A stretch of 63,655 bases of DNA, the filler included, from Collodictyon triciliatum (Eukaryota): NCBI GenBank assembly GCA_043381765.1. It is 6 parts of 6 records of this genome, joined end to end, with 100 filler letters (N's around TTAATTAATTAA, not from the genome) between each part and the next. Parts side by side here need not be neighbours in the genome. Positions count along the whole stretch, not along the records: positions 59,407 to 63,655 come from JBHJMP010002204.1; 5 more parts are not named here. One strand, given 5' to 3'. The position numbers were made by a program, and so were the translations under genes. Below are positions 61,812 through 63,655 of the stretch, one piece after another (position 1 is the first letter of the stretch; the number at the start of each line of letters is the position of its first letter). The notes beneath the pieces were generated by a model. That model was not told the DNA's origin, did not search any database, and saw only the letters and a program-made list of their open reading frames with translations.

Positions 61812-62981
61812 ATGCGCCCTGGAAGGAGTAACCTAACCTAACCCGGTTTTGATTTTCGTAAACGTGTATACATTTTAATTATGATGATAAATTTAGATAT
61901 AATTACTCATAATCATTCATAATCACTCAATGTGCTATTGTTATTAATTTTTATATAGCTCATATTTTCCAGATTTGAATTTTATATCTGGAAAGTAAAT
62001 TTGATCTCCTTATATTGCAGAAAAAGAAAAAGAAAGCGGTGTGGCGACCCAGAACACGACCTCCTTCCACGGCCGACGAGACTCACGCCGCGCCTATCGA
62101 AAAAACGTGCCTGCCCAGGTGAAAAAAAAAAAAAAAAAAACAACAACATGAAAGGAACTAATATTTTTATTATTTGGATTTTCTGAGCCCTTTTCAAAAA
62201 TAGTGGTTTCATGTTATTCCATGTTATTCAAGCCTTCGAGGTTCTTGCGCTGTTCACAGTTTTATGCAATAATACTTTATCTATGCATACCTGCCCATTA
62301 TAATTCATATATATATATCGCAACGATCGGATTTATTTTGACTTAAAACGCATTCCTTTCTTCACTTGCCTTGACAAGTGGAACACTACACGCGCACACC
62401 AAAGCCCAGTTCTCTATTGATGAATGTGTACTGATGAAAGATTTTGTAGTCATATGCGCAAATCAAGAAAATATTGCCATTTTTTTCGATTGAACCATCA
62501 AAATGTCTAGCTGCACAAAGGCGAGCGATGCATGGATGGCAGAGAGCAGACGCAAATTAAAGAGAAAATCAAAGAAAAAATCGAAGAAATTCCCATATGG
62601 AAAAGTAGATATTGCCAAGTTAGTCAGGCTGGCGGCACACCTGATAAGAGCAGGGGTCTTTAGTTTTTCACATATACCCAATCGAACATCCTTTTCATAA
62701 TTCCCATAGTTTGCCGCAGCTCAGTCCCCTAATGGATTAATTTTTTTTGGTGCGCACTCGCTACCCTACGTGACTGTTTTATATATATTTTTGTTCCTTT
62801 CGATATGAACAAGATATGTGGATCATTAGCATTAATTCTCTATATTTCGTTCATTTAGACGCTCCTTGACATCCGTGTGGTGAAGAAGTAATCGGTTATC
62901 AGGAAACACATCCTGTAGTTTAGCTTCCAGCGTTGCTCTTGTGCCTGCATGAGGAGTATAGGCGAGATTCAATCTCTCTGT

Positions 62982-63243
62982 TCTTTTCTTTTCCTTTATT
63001 CGATTCATAGTGCAGCGAGGTTATGCCATACAAAGGGGCGAGATAGGTTCGCATGGTAGAGAGCAAACGCGAGTAGGACAAGACACTACTATGGAGAGGC
63101 TAGCACTGGGAAGTAATCAGTGATAGCGAGTTAGTCAGGTGGGCGTCCCAACTGGTTGATTGGCTGTGTGGGTAGCAGGGGTTGGATATGTTGTGGGAGA
63201 TATCGCACGACACATTCCTACATATATAATCGTTTGCGGTCAG
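62982..63243 (-). mobile_element. 5'-truncated copy of the same LINE, including the 3' UTR and A-rich tail
   Basis: 63105-63243 is the reverse complement of about 61651-61790. It continues through a 3' UTR to ATAACCTCGCTGCACTATGAATCGAATAAAGGAAAAGAAAAG. Confidence 0.88.
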
Positions 63244-63655
63244 CTTCAATATATTTCTTTATCTATTTTTTTACATGTATCCTCTCACAGGTTCTGCGTA
63301 AGGAAAACTTGAGGATGGGGAACGAAGCCATTGAGGAAAGATATTTGTATGATGCCATCCAACCTAATTTCGGCAATAGGTGACTGTTGAATTCTGCTAT
63401 GTGTGAGTATATGATGGAATATTGAATAGGAGAGTACTAAAGTGGATGCCTGTGTGTTTAATGTTGGAGTGAATATATTTTTATTTCTTTACTTTATCAT
63501 GCGCTAAGGTAGTCATTGATTTTAAAAAAATGCATTTGGCCTACATGTGCAGTCATTCTGGTATGCAATTAGTATTATTTGATTTAAAAAAACACAGTAT
63601 ATCAATTTATGTGTTATTGATGCGATTGTTGGTGTTTTGCAGCTGTTAATCAAAT

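Overview
Eukaryotic (probably protist) nuclear DNA, read with the standard genetic code and rich in introns. The window is not contiguous. Six contigs are joined by artificial 100-nt spacers (N44-TTAATTAATTAA-N44), and there is one 626-N gap, so neighbourhood across spacers means nothing. Recognisable spliced genes are USP5/UBP14, a C9orf72 homologue, a partial BRSK-like kinase, COX5B, transportin-1, mitochondrial aspartate aminotransferase and a partial peroxisomal MFE-2. Four things stand out. (1) A predicted cell-surface receptor has a signal peptide, 20 near-identical WD40 repeats with hypervariable top-face positions and an N-glycosylation sequon in almost every repeat, a Cys-rich stalk and a multipass membrane domain; it is split by a 1-nt frameshift. 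(2) An NLR/STAND-like gene encodes its TPRs in six exact 126-nt symmetric exons, spliced to one 3.4-kb intronless pentapeptide-WD40-Sel1 exon. (3) A decayed Fanzor1 has a structured 3' flank that is a candidate omegaRNA. (4) Many ultra-short (about 10-40 nt) target-site-duplicated insertions match the 3' tip of a LINE whose longer remnants are also in the window. Exon boundaries and homologies were assigned by eye and no database searches were run.
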